Shown one piece after another: positions 47,040-59,340 of a stretch of 64,000 nucleotides of DNA. A program made the translations under genes and the position numbers. The notes below the pieces were generated by a model. The model saw only the letters and a program-made list of their open reading frames with translations, was not told where the DNA came from and searched no databases. Location: contig OZ281496.1 in NCBI GenBank assembly GCA_965637545.1, positions 13,454,001 through 13,518,000 of the forward strand. The letters are read 5' to 3'. This DNA comes from Phallusia mammillata. Taxonomy: Eukaryota. The stretch's first letter is position 1; every line of letters begins with the position of its first letter.

Positions 47040-48880
47040 CCGAAGAAGGGCTTACAGAATCTGGCAAGAAAGCCAAGCAGAGTATAGAAGAGAAAAAGCT
47101 TTACGAGCAGGGTTGCCAGGTGGCCTAAAATTCGGACAAAAAACGATAAATTGGCCTAATTTCACCTGCTGTATCCGACGCCTAAAAATCATTAGGACAT
47201 TTAGTTTTTTGTCCTAATATGTCCGAATTTTGCTATATGTCCGAAAATCCTATTTTTTGAAGGTTGCAAACCTTTTTTACGACAAAACGTGTCTTAAAAC
47301 TGCAACTTGTTTTGGTTAGTGCCTTGTTTATGACGTTAAACACATAATTGTCTGCCATTGTTGTGTACAATGCTATTGTATAAATGGTTATCTAAGGTGA
47401 TATGAAGCAACAACTTGACGAAACAGTTTTTAACGTTGCTAAACCAATGATAAACGCTACAGCAACGTGTTTCAATTACCGACTAAATATTATTTTAAAC
47501 ATGTCATTTTTTTGTCAAACATAGGAAGTTTGTTATGTTTTACGTCCGCCACATTGTATGTTTGTAAAACTCGCTCTTATGAGTGTGGGGAACGTAAGCG
47601 CACAGAAATGGCAGTTGGCACCTCGATATTGATACCTTGTTTGCAATTATACGCTCTAGTTTTTTTTTCCTAAAATGTCCGATTTTCAGACAAATATTGT
47701 CCGAATCCAGTCGACACTATCTGGCAACCCTGTTTACGAGAATGTAAATATAATCTCAGAGATACGATCCAGAGTATGGGCCTTTACGACAAAGAGCAGA
47801 GAGAATATTGCAACACATGGACATAAAAACAGAATATCTTCAACCAGTAAAAAACAAAGTAGAGTATGTGAACTATATGTGGAAACAACAAAGAGATGAA
47901 TTACCAGAAAGTCTGAAAAGATGGATACAACACTGGGGAGAAAAAGGATCAAGCTTCAGTAACGAAGATCAGTTCATACAAAATGGATATAAAAAGTTCG
48001 GAAGTAAACCAACAAAAAACGAATGGTCCAAATATTTAACTGATAAATTTGGTCTAGGATATTCTCAAATCAAAATAAACAGAAGTTACATTAGTTGGCC
48101 AAAAACTTCAAGTAATAATCTACAAAGTATATTAGGAAGACTAAAAAAAGACAAGCAAAGCCAATGTCAGGACAGATAGCCATGAAAGTGTTCAATGACA
48201 TCTTAAACAACATCAAAATCGGAAAAACAGAGAACTCCATACTAAACCGTGATGAAATAGAACTAGCACTGATATATGCAGCCCTAGAAGGACGCACTGA
48301 AGATATAGAACTCAGTAAACACCTGTTAATGGAAGGAGATGCTGGAGCAGGCAAAACTACATTAGTCAAAATATTATTCCCAGATAATATAGCATCTACG
48401 ATGCCAAATGATGCAAAAGGCGTCGGTCAAATGAAAATGGCAACAGGGCATAGAGTTCTAAAAGTTGATGACGCAAGTGATGCCTTCTGGCAAAATTTAG
48501 AAATACTAAGCGCAATCTATACAATGCACCAAAACAGTTGGGAAGCCAAAATCCATTCGTCGAAACAGAAAAATGCAGCAACAATGGCAGTAATTACATC
48601 CAACAATATTCATAACTTAACAAGGATTGCAGAAGTCTGCGACTTAAAAGATGCCAAACGAAGATTCACAGTATTAGAATTTCACGGAAAATTGAAGATG
48701 GAACAACGTTACAAAATTGGAGCATATACAGGCGAAGAATTCCATGAAACATGGCTTAGTTCATTTAAATTTAGAAAATTCAACATCAATTGTCCACATA
48801 TTAAAGATATATATATGAGAGTATGCAAGCCATTACATCAGAAGAAGAAGATGACGTCAATGGTAACGATGAAATATTAG
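47040..48880 (+). pseudogene. HUH endonuclease plus SF3 helicase Rep/NS1-like gene, interrupted by a MITE and frameshifts
   Basis: HGH at 47816-47824 (motif II-like), YVNYMWK at 47865-47885 (motif III-like), Walker A GDAGAGKT at 48335-48358, Walker B VDDA at about 48464, motif C VITSNN at about 48590, RRF at about 48660. Confidence 0.8.
47108..47732. mobile_element. hAT MITE (same ends as the 14525 element) inserted in the viral-like Rep region
   Basis: TIR CAGGGTTGCCAG / CTGGCAACCCTG. TSD TTTACGAG at 47100-47107 and 47733-47740. Confidence 0.93.
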
Positions 48881-49269
48881 AAGAAGATCCCGTTACCGAA
48901 GACAAAGAAGAATGCGTTACCGTTACCACAAGTCTATTGGAAAATTTAGAAAACGCAATGAAAGATAATGTGATCAACCATCAACATCGATAGAGCAACA
49001 AGCACAAGAACAAGAACTTGACGATAAGAGCAACAAGAACAAGAACTTGACGATATATTAGCAGCAGCATGCATAGAGTTAGAAGACGGTTGGACTTCGG
49101 TCAATCCAACATACTTGAATCAAGTGACGAAGGATACGAAACAGATCCCGATAGTGACGGAGAATACGAAGAACATCAACACAGAATCGCAAGTTATCAA
49201 CTCAGCTGTGCAGTGCAACCATACGACGACAGAGCAGAGCCCTCATTTAGTGGAGCAGTACCCCTACAA

Positions 49270-51883
49270 CAGGGTTGTCCAAACTTTATGGGACGCGGGA
49301 CGCATTCGGCAAGGAAATTAGATCGCGGGCCGCAGTTTACATTTTTCCTCTTATACACTGTCTCACCGTACCAGATGTAAAGTAAAACACGTACATGTGT
49401 AAATGAATCTTTATATTTATCATAAAAACATATTGGGGAATAGATTAAAGAAGCTAAGATGTGAATACTACGAATAAGAGAGTTTTGGAAATTTTGAGCA
49501 ACGTCAGTAGACCAGGAAACCTTAAAAATAACTGACAAGTATGAATAAGAAATTTATTCGTAAAAAATATTTAAGGAAGTACGTAAAACGGTACAGTTTA
49601 CTTAAAATTCAGTGAGATGGGTGTGCCTGTATTTTGGAAGCCAGCTCCTTTGTGTCAATGTCAACTGAGGTTAAGGCTAAACGAAGGGAGGCTTCGAGAG
49701 ATGTTTGTTTAAGTAGATTCCTCTCTTTGGATTTAATCGACTTCATTGCGGAAAATGCTGCTTCACAAAGGTAGGTACTGCCAAACATTGACAGCAAGTG
49801 CAATCCAAAACGGCGTAAATTAGGATAATGCTCTTCAGAAAGAAGAGGCCAAAATTGAGTGTTTGGCAGTGTAGCTTTGCTTAATAAAAACTGGTCACTT
49901 TGCAAGTCACACAATTCAAGCTGCAAATCGTCATCGGCTTCTGATATAGTTATAGTCAGCGGAGCATTGAATACATTGAAGTTTTTCTCAAGGTGCCGGA
50001 AATCTTGAAATCGCTTGTTGAAGTCTTCAATTAGGGTATCAAGAGTTTCAACAAAGCAGCAGAAGTTATTGTCCTCTATTTCTTCAGAAATAACGTCACA
50101 ACTTGGAAAGTGAATCAGAATGTTACTTTGCAGATTACTTTTGAAGAGACATAATTTTTTGCGGAAGCCATCTATGAAACCATACAGAGAAGCAATTGTT
50201 TGATTCCTACCCTGTAAACTTAAATTGAGCTTATTCAGATGCTGAGTAATATCCGTGAAAAATGCTAGACCTTTCAGAAAGTTGACGTCTTGCAATAAAC
50301 CTTTAAACCCATCAGTGTCTGCATTCAGTTCTTCTAAAAAGTTTAGAATCTCATTACGCAGACTGAAGAACTGCTGCAAACATTTCCCAGCACTAAGCCA
50401 ACGAATAGTAGAATGGAGTGAAACGTCAGAAAATTCTGTATCCAAATCTTTCAAGAAATCAACAAATAGACGATGTCTCAGCGCTTTATTACCGCCTCTA
50501 ATGAAATTAATAATTTTCATTACATGCTGCATCACATCAGATAAACGTATACAGCGACTAGATAACGATTCTTGATGAATAATGCAATGAAGCATTGGGC
50601 AGTCGACTCCAGCATCTCTCAAGTACCCTATAACCCCTCTTTTAGCTCCAGTCATTGATTTGGCACCATCTGTAACGATACAAGAGCATTTCTGAAATCC
50701 ACCATACTTGCTCACTAAAGAATTCAGCGCTTCATAAATATCAGATCCTTTCGTAGTGGTAAAAAGTGGGAGTAAGCCGAGTAACTCCTCACTGACATTA
50801 AACTGTGAGTCAATACTTCTAATAAAGACAAGCAACTGGCTGACATCCCTTATATCTGTGCTTTCATCAAGAGCGAGAGAAAAATAAACACACTGCTGAA
50901 TTTGATTCATGACCTTCTCCTGAACGAAATTGCTAAGCTCTTCAACACGTCTAGCAACAGTTTGATGCGAGAGTGGAATTTTTTCAAACCCACGAGCTGC
51001 ATCGTTAAAGCCCATGGCCTTTCCCATAGCTATTGCACATCGCTTAATGAGATCACCGTCAGAGAATGCCTTTTTGGATTTAGCCATCAAAAGTGATACA
51101 TCATAAGAAGCAATGGTTGTAGAAGACAAAGGCTTCACTAATTGAAACATGTTTTCTTGACGCTTACGCAGGTTTGATTTGAGATCATTGAGTAGGGCTC
51201 GCCGCGCCTCACCAGTGTATTTATAGCCAGTGACATGAAGAGTGCTGTAGTGTCGTTGTACATTGTACTCTTTCATAACAGATATCATTTCATTACAAAT
51301 TAAACATAAAACTCGACCACTTTGTTCTTTCACCAGGAATCTCAATTCCCAACTATCCTTGAATTTACGTTTTTCATCAGAGATTTTTCTTTTCTGAGCC
51401 ATCGTAAAAAATGTGGCACTTAGTCTGAAAAGAAAGAATAAAACAGAATGTAATGGAGGATTAAGTAAAACTGAAATTATAAAGAATATTCTCAGCATAA
51501 AGCACACAGCCAATATTGCAGAAAACATTTTATTTAGAAATGCCTGACGTTGGGAGATAAACTTTTCTCATTTTCAAAGGCTACATTGTACCGGTTAGGG
51601 TTGGGCTAAACTGTTGAAAACTAGCATAAGACGTACGAGGCAGAAATTTAAGTTACGTAATAAACAATAACAATGCCTCTTTACCATTGTATTCATACTT
51701 GGTTGTTATGTCACTTATATGCGGATTTTTATAAATTTACCATTTTAAGGTTGTTTTTCTAGGGTCGGCTTATATGCGAGGATATACGGTAATTTTTAAA
51801 AGTTTTCTAGAAGAGGCGGCGGGCCGCATTGAAGGAGGTCGCGGGCCGCATGCGGCCCGCGGGCCAGGCTTTGGACAACCCTG
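49270..51883 (-). mobile_element. Full-length hAT (GTF2IRD2/EPM2AIP1-like) DNA transposon
   Basis: TIR CAGGGTTGTCCAAA at both ends. TSD CCCTACAA (49262-49269) / CTCTACAA (51884-51891), one mismatch. Confidence 0.93.
49609..51402 (-). CDS. hAT transposase, 597 aa from MAQKRK, uninterrupted
   Basis: CLIC..RHYSTLH, ALDESTDIRD, VTDGAKSM, HCIIHQ, IRWLS, STYLCEAAFS. Confidence 0.93.
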   Translation of the reverse strand: MAQKRKISDEKRKFKDSWELRFLVKEQSGRVLCLICNEMISVMKEYNVQRHYSTLHVTGYKYTGEARRALLNDLKSNLRKRQENMFQLVKPLSSTTIASYDVSLLMAKSKKAFSDGDLIKRCAIAMGKAMGFNDAARGFEKIPLSHQTVARRVEELSNFVQEKVMNQIQQCVYFSLALDESTDIRDVSQLLVFIRSIDSQFNVSEELLGLLPLFTTTKGSDIYEALNSLVSKYGGFQKCSCIVTDGAKSMTGAKRGVIGYLRDAGVDCPMLHCIIHQESLSSRCIRLSDVMQHVMKIINFIRGGNKALRHRLFVDFLKDLDTEFSDVSLHSTIRWLSAGKCLQQFFSLRNEILNFLEELNADTDGFKGLLQDVNFLKGLAFFTDITQHLNKLNLSLQGRNQTIASLYGFIDGFRKKLCLFKSNLQSNILIHFPSCDVISEEIEDNNFCCFVETLDTLIEDFNKRFQDFRHLEKNFNVFNAPLTITISEADDDLQLELCDLQSDQFLLSKATLPNTQFWPLLSEEHYPNLRRFGLHLLSMFGSTYLCEAAFSAMKSIKSKERNLLKQTSLEASLRLALTSVDIDTKELASKIQAHPSH

Positions 51884-52130
51884 CTCTACAACAATGGAAT
51901 GGACGAGGACTCACAATTGTATTTTGCATGCGAATAATAATAACAGTGACATTTACCTGTACATGTGGCAATGAATATGGTCACAATTATATAATGTTCT
52001 GTGAATGTAAATATATTAATGGCGTTGTATCAATTGAAACTATATATGATCCTTTATAATTAATTTATATTTGTCGTTACCGTTATAATATAATCACATT
52101 TCCAAATATTTAAATTACAAAAGAATATAA

Positions 52131-52400
52131 TCAGTTTTTATAAATTACAAAAGAATATAATAAGTTTTTCAAATATTTACAGAAGATGGGAGTAATAGAA
52201 ATTGGCAGAAAGTCAGAACATGTGGTCGGATTTTTATTTTTGGGCATTGGTGTGATGTGGCTAATTTTTAAACATTTAGGAATATGTGACAACATTATGC
52301 ACTCATTATACAAGTCTGTTAAATATGGTGTGATGACTTCTTTTGCCATTTTTATAAACTGAATTGGCATTTGGTGCGGACCTTGTGATTTTTTTCCACT
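52131..52400 (-). pseudogene. Short LINE RT fragment (diverged from the main LINE family)
   Basis: PYLTDLYNEC..IPKCLKISHITPMPK..DFLPISITPIF. Confidence 0.65.
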
Positions 52401-52499
52401 AAAAGTTGAATTTGTCTTTGTACATCAATATTTATTATGGGTGGCAGAAAAAAAGAATTTGGACATGGCTGTTTTAAATTTTTTGTAAAAGGTTCTTGT

Positions 52500-55400
52500 G
52501 TGGGGGTGATTTTCTGTGCTAGGTGAAAATCAAAGGTGAAATAATGCTTTTGACCATTTTGATGTATTTAATAGGAATTTCATGACTGGACACAGATTTA
52601 TGACTGTCAAGTGTGGATATATACATTTCCACCTCATCCGGGGTAGTGTCATAGAAGAAGAAGGATGATGGCTTGTGGTGGGGGATTACACTGGGCAACA
52701 AAAAAATATTTTTTTACTGGTGTCTATAATTTTTTACATGATTTTGACTATTTCCAGTGCCCTGATTTGAAAAATGCAATCGCTTTATCTGTATCACGTC
52801 TAGTTTTCCTGTTATGGTACATCCACGTTTGAAAAACAATGTATATGTATATGCTATAGTGAAACTGGTTTTGAGTATTTTATTTGAAATTACCGTTATT
52901 GCAAGAACAAAATTTTGAATTTAATTGTAAATGTTACAGGTGGACACTCCTAACCAACAAAATTCAACATATAAAACAAAAAAATGTTTCAAATTTGTAA
53001 GATTTTAGGTATATCGGGTATAGGCCTACACATTTACTTCTGTAACTTTCAGAAATGACTGGCAGCATTATCGTCCCGTTTAATTGACCAACAGCAGTTA
53101 GCCAGGACCACATTATTTAGACACGTCTCGTTTTACTGATATCCTGTTGGAAGCTTTCAGCTTAATTCTCATCATTTATATCCCTTACGTTTTAAGGGAA
53201 GTGTAGCTTTATGCTTATTTTCGTACCGAATTTTTCAGATCGCTTAATAACTTAGTTATGTACTCTTTTCTAATAATTTCAGTCCCTTTCTACTATTTTT
53301 TTTCATTACTGCAATATTCCAGTCAACATTAGGTAAGTGGAGCCCATTGCTTGCCCTAAACCCCTAAAGTAACATCGAAGTGTACAAGATATGCACATTT
53401 GAAACAGATCTTTTTTTTTTCTTTTTAGTTGTGTTGTATGGATATTCACCAGTAAGGTAGCATAAAACATCTTGTTAATTCATGCAACACCTTATAGATG
53501 ACCTAGCCACTATTAATTTTAGCTTTACCACCTTGCTTTACAAGTCTGAAAATCACTCCATAAAACACGTATAGTTTAAAGTTACCACTAACTTGTACCA
53601 ACCATTTTTAGGCAGAGCATAAGCATAGAACACATATTCATGCTATGAAACTGACTGCACTGTAGGAAATTGATGTGTATAATGTAACAAAGCTTTAACA
53701 AACACATAAAAGCATGATTTTAATGTCATTGAATCAATATGGTCATAAATTTTGATTTTGTAAATAACTTAAAAAGTTGATCTGATTGAAGAAAACCGTA
53801 ATGATTTTTGAAATCAGCACCCCAAAATTAGTCAATATCAGTTTTAACATTAAAGACACCAAAAATTGTGTTGGCCAGTGTTATCAGGTGGTGGCATGAT
53901 TGGCTGTGGAATAGATGATGCCATATTTGCTCTTATGTTGGCAAAGAACTGGTTAAAATTTGTTGGCAACAGTGATTGGGTCAGTAGTGCAATGTGCAGT
54001 ACCATCTAGTTTTAGTTCACAAACTTTTGTAAAGTTTGTTTTCGGGACAACAATCTATTAATGATTTTGCACATTTCACCAATATCGTTTCTGTGATCTG
54101 TTAGTTCTTTTTCAATGTACCTGTGCTTAGCATCTCTTAAAATGTGATTGAGCTTGTTACGGTACTGTTTATATTGGTGGTATTTGCTTGTACTTGAAAA
54201 GCCCGACTTACATAATGCATGATACATTTTTTTTTTGGATTGACTTATAAATTCCCTTGCTTATCCAAGGTTTTTTGGCCAATTTCCTTCTTCTGCTAGT
54301 CATTGTCGTTAATGGTATTTTGTGGAATAAATGATTAAATGAAGTGAATTTGTGTAATATGGTTTCAGTTGACAGTGGTAAGTTCATAACAGCATCTTTT
54401 ATGTCAGAAATCAAATTTTCACTCTGAAATAGGGTCTCATTTCTTCTCAGATTTTTTTCTGTTTTATCACAGCAAGTTGATTGCAATAACACAAAAGTTG
54501 GCAGGTGGTCAGAAATGTCTGCAGTCAGTATTCCTGATTTGCAGGTAATATTTACATTGTTTGTGTAAAAATGAGCAATAAGAGTTTGGCTATTGTTCGT
54601 TAAACGTGTCGGTTGACATATTAATGGTGATAGATCATAAATTTGCAAAGAATCTAAAAAGTTTTGAATGCTTTTTACTTCCTTGTATTGCATGAGATCT
54701 ATGTTAAAGTCACCACATATATAAACAGGATGATTGGTATCACTAAGCCTATGTAAAACTGATGATAGTGCATCCTGGAACCCTTCAAATGAATGTTTGG
54801 GGTGTCTGTATATTACTCCCAATATAACATTTTTTTTGTTTCAATTTAAGTTGCAACCAAAGACTTTCAGTATCTGGGGAAACAAGTTCAATATCTGATC
54901 TTATACTATATGAAATGTGTGATTTTATATAAACTCCTACTCCTCCTGAACTATTTGAGGTATCAGTATGATGGAAGTTATATCCCATGATATCAGTAGC
55001 AGTGGTTATGCTGTTAAGGGTATTTCTGGTCTCAGATATCATAACAATGTCAGGGGATCTTACCATATCAGACAGGAATTGTTCTAAAGCAGGTTTGTTT
55101 TTTCTTAGGCTTCGAATGTTTGTGTGCATTATAAACATGTCTTTGTTACTGAGTTTGTTCAGGGCATAGTTCAAGGATGCACAATCATAATAATCAGAAT
55201 GGGTGTGATCAATGTTTGCCAGTAAATAGGGTGCATATGGAGTTTTTACTGGTGAAATGGCATTTATTATCTCGGAGTTACTGACATTGCTAAATGGTAA
55301 ATACGTCAATAGGCATAACTATGGGGTGTTATTGTGGAGATTTACTGTATATTTGTTGCATTTCATGTGGAAAAGAAGTGGTAATCAGTACTGGGGTTTG

Positions 55401-55690
55401 CATACTACAAGTATTAACAAATCTTATGTCTTACCAAATCTTTGTCGCTGCAGATGGCAATGATGTTGCTGTTGTCATCCTTCTTCAGAAATGTCACTCT
55501 GTTCCTTGTCCAGATGTGATGATGCTCCCTCTTAAACCGGAGACAGCTATTAAATCTCTCACGGTTCTTCTTGGTCAAGCTCTCATTAATAAAAATTTGA
55601 TTCCCATGGGCTACGCCTTTGTTCGATTGTTTTAGTTTGTACCGGTTGGAGTAAATGGCATCTCTCATCTTCCGATTGATGTAATTTCAA
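52500..55690 (-). mobile_element. Second copy of the CR1/L2-group LINE family (ORF1 C-terminus, APE, start of RT)
   Basis: Peptides near-identical to the 32.2-34.5 kb copy (IFINESLTKKNRERFN, CGDFNIDL, SDHLPTFV, YDTTPDEVEMY). Interrupted at 52689-53880. Confidence 0.88.
52689..53880. mobile_element. Non-autonomous DNA transposon with CACTG...CAGTG ends (EnSpm/CACTA-like)
   Basis: CACTGGGCAACAAAAAA / TTGTGTTGGCCAGTG; TTA on both sides. The LINE sequence rejoins across it when compared with about 34370-34420. Confidence 0.7.
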
Positions 55691-57879
55691 GTTGTCCTTG
55701 AATTTGTAAGTAATATTTGTTGTTGTTTATAAAGGTAAAGAGTTATTCTACTGATATGTGCAGTCCACATGAAAGCACATTCAAACCACTAAGTAAGAAA
55801 AAAATCCTCAAATCTATATTAGTTCATACATTTTTTTCATAATGTATAGAAGAAGAATAGGTTTCTTTGTTCAAACATATTGCTTTACAAATCTTTCTAG
55901 GATATGGTGTGGTTGATTGTCGTAAAAATTTAGTTGTGAAAACACACTTTCTTTTCTTGAAAACAAATCGGACTCCGGTTTTCCGAAATTGTTGCCACTC
56001 AAACTAAAAATTTCATCTGCGCAAGATTTGATGACTGTTTGTTGCAAAATATTTTGCTAAAAAGCAGGTAAATGCGTACCATCAGCATATTGGTAAAAAA
56101 AGAACTTGGGGCAGAACGTCTGGGCCAACATCTTTAAGTCTGTTTGCATGTGGCTTCAGCCGATAATACTCTTTCAAGATCTGGTTGAATAATTTACAAT
56201 ATTGTTTGCACGTTTGAAAGCTAGACACGCAAGACAAACTTACCAATTCACCCTTACCATCATCGATAAAATATGGGTATTTGTGCAAAATTTGCGAAAC
56301 ATATGATGTTACGACTAATCAACTAAATAACTTGATTTAAGTTTGTTTCTTTTCTCAACTGATAGCACGCGAAACTGCAACTCATGATAACACAATGATG
56401 GCTTAAACACAAAATACACCAACATCTGGTAAACTTACTCTTCACTAACAATTCATGGTCCTGTTAAATACCCAACCACCTTTAATCAAACGCTCCATTC
56501 ATGGCACTGTGTATGAGTGGGGGTGTTTTCTAGTTATGGTAGGATTTGCTGAAGTCAAACAATCTGAATAATACAGATTCATGCAAACACTAGTCTGTTT
56601 AAAGGAGGTTTATATCGATTCGCGTTTTGCACAATTTTTTCATAAAAATACGTCTTTATTGCTTTTGCGCTAGCATCGGACGACATACACATACACGTGC
56701 TTTACATTTAAATGAAAAATAGTTCATAAAGATTTGAAAACCGGATGCCAAACTGCACAACTGCCATATGAGTTATGTAAAAGAGAGAAAACCAACAACA
56801 ATAATAATATTTCATTTAGGGTGTTATGTAGATTTTTCTTGTTGGCTGGTCCTGATAACAACACTGCGAAAATCATGTACAGTGAATTATTGATTACTGT
56901 TGAACATATTCTGTTGAAAGTGATGTGACTGCCAATTTCATACAAAGTGTTATACAGAAACCCGTGTAGCAAAGAGCAAGATAAGATCACATAATAAAAC
57001 GAAAAAATAGAGTGCAAATGATCATGATGAAAAGAAAAAATAGAATGGCAAATGATCATGATGAAAAGAAAAATACTAAATGCTTCAACTGGAATAGAAA
57101 ATCAAACTAATCAAATACCACATGTAATTTGGTATGTGACATGCAACCTATTTACAGTTTGCTTTATCCTTCAAATGTGCACGTTAGCAGTCATCACGTC
57201 CCTTTTTTGCTTTTCGTTTTTTCAGCATGCTGGGCCATCATGCGACTTACCTGTTAAAATACAAAAATAGCATTATTATGATGACCACCTCAAAATGTAT
57301 GTTTTCCAAGTATTTGGGATATCATTGATTATGACATGAAATACCTGACAAGTGCACTCCTGCCATGTCTAGTTTTCGTGAGGCAAATGTTTTGGATATA
57401 TCGGGAAGCAAACCACAAGATTATAAAATGTTGGCTTGTTAAGATATTTTTACCAAAACAATTACTTCTGTTAAGTTAATGTATAGTATCTTTGAAGTTA
57501 CTTCGGTCCTCTGCTTGCAACATTGTAAATTTTGGCTGTTGCTGTTTGGGGTGTGTGGCACATTTGTCTGACCAGAGGCACAACCAAATCCGGTTGCTTT
57601 GAGTGAACTTATGAGAAATAGTGTTTCAAACTTTGAAATGTAAAATACCAGTAAAAACAGTGTTTGGTTGTAAAATGTGCTTGTGTTGAGAAGGTCATAA
57701 CTTACAATAACAACATCACATAAATTACGAATCAGTTGACCAAGCTAAAATATTTCCAATAAAATAATTTCAGAAAAAAAAAACCATTAATAAATATTTA
57801 AAGTGTTTCAGTACCACCCTGGACTTTTAAACAAAAATCAAGTAGCAATTGATTTGTTTTAAATGTCATTAATCTGTTG

Positions 57880-58141
57880 TGAATCTGTGTATTTCAGACA
57901 CGCTATTATACTTCTTGCCTTTGAAAGAAGAAAATTCTCCGGGACAATTTGCTGTTGTCCAAACTTCTTTGATATCCTTGTTGATTGCACCACTGTCCAG
58001 ATGCTTTGCGCCCTTTGTACTAAATACATAAGGACTTGACTTCCTTCTTGAGGGAATTAAGTTGTCCACAAGTTCGTAGACCTCTTTTTCAAAAGAAAGG
58101 GTGGCAAACCCTGAAGTTGCCATGGTTTTGTGGTGCAGCAC
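57880..58141 (-). pseudogene. Possible tyrosine-recombinase (Crypton-like) fragment
   Basis: PYVFST..LDSGAINKDIKEVWTTA..FSSF..KKYNSVSEIH resembles the region leading to the RK/HxxR box of YR proteins in invertebrate elements. Recalled similarity only. Confidence 0.35.
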
Positions 58142-59149
58142 CTACAAGCATAGGCGTTGATTCCCGGGATGGCAGGGGTGGTGTGTCTCCCCACTAAAAA
58201 TCTCTGGGGTGGCAGCCATTATAAAAACCTATGTAGCTCACTGCACTGCCACTCCAGAGATCGCCTGGCTGTATTCATATTCGTGCATTAGATATGCGTT
58301 TCATTCACATGCGATCTTTGCAATGGTCTGTATATTCCGACCATGTGCAAAGCAAGTTTCACGAAATCCCTTTTGTTTTTAACAACGCATGGGGAAACCC
58401 ATTTTGCGCTACTCACTTCAGCGACTCGCGTTTTCGTTTGCTCCTCCAGAGCAAGTCTAAACAAGGCTTAATGACATAACAATGGCAATTTTCACGTTTT
58501 TATGTATTCTGGATGTTAAATGGCAGTTGGGGGATTGTATTGTTACATATAGAGTGTCTTATTTCCATGCACGGGAAATATAATTGCAGCAGCCACTCAT
58601 GTGCGAAATTAATTTGCAGATCTCTATTTAAGGTTTTGTGCGTTATGTTACCTTTTGAACCACGCTACTTCTTACGGATTATTAACGCTACCCAGCACGA
58701 GATATACTTTTCCTGCCAGTAACCAATGCCCTACTGTGATTACATCACTAAAGCATTGTGACATCATAACTACAAAACTAGATAGACGATTTGTGACATG
58801 ACTTTCAGGTGTTGCGTCCAAGTCAAACAAGACTGCATAACCGCGAAATACCATCTACAAACCTTAACGTATATCGCAGTGTGGTTTGACCACGTAAGCC
58901 ATAAGGAACCACATGATCAAGTTTTGCCACCCCACGAAAGAAAATTTATGCTAAAAAATCGAAGCCTATGCCTACAAGTGAAAAAAAATCTTAGTAATGT
59001 GGTCTGTTAAAGGTTTTAATTGCAGAATATTACCTTTATAACAATGTTTCCTTGTTGATCCTGCGCCTTAACAAATTCGTCAACCAACATATTTATGTCT
59101 TTTATTTGGTTAAGGGCAAAAGTGCTCTGCAGAACAAATTCCTGGCTTT

Positions 59150-59340
59150 AAAATGCGAGATTCACACCAGACGCGGTTGGCGGATAACGGCGCGTTTTTC
59201 GCGTTTGACGGCAAGCGACGGGGTATTCACACCAGACAGCGACTTACCGTGACGGCGTGATTTTCTCGGTTGAAACGGCTGACGGCAAAGTTAAATCGGA
59301 TTTAACTTTTCCGTCAGCCGCGCTACACTGCTGGATAAAA
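59150..59340 (+). mobile_element. Harbinger-like terminal/subterminal segment
   Basis: TCACACCAGACGCGGTTGGCGG matches the reverse complement of the 22083 end (GCACACCAGACGCGGTTGACGG). A second TCACACCAGAC at about 59226. Confidence 0.5.

Larger units (their letters stand above)
49069..52059 (+). pseudogene. Third viral-like ORF (about 123 aa once the hAT and one TSD are removed)
   Basis: ..GAVPLQ (49069-49269) joins in frame to QWNGRGLTIVF..DPL* (51892-52059). Confidence 0.55.
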
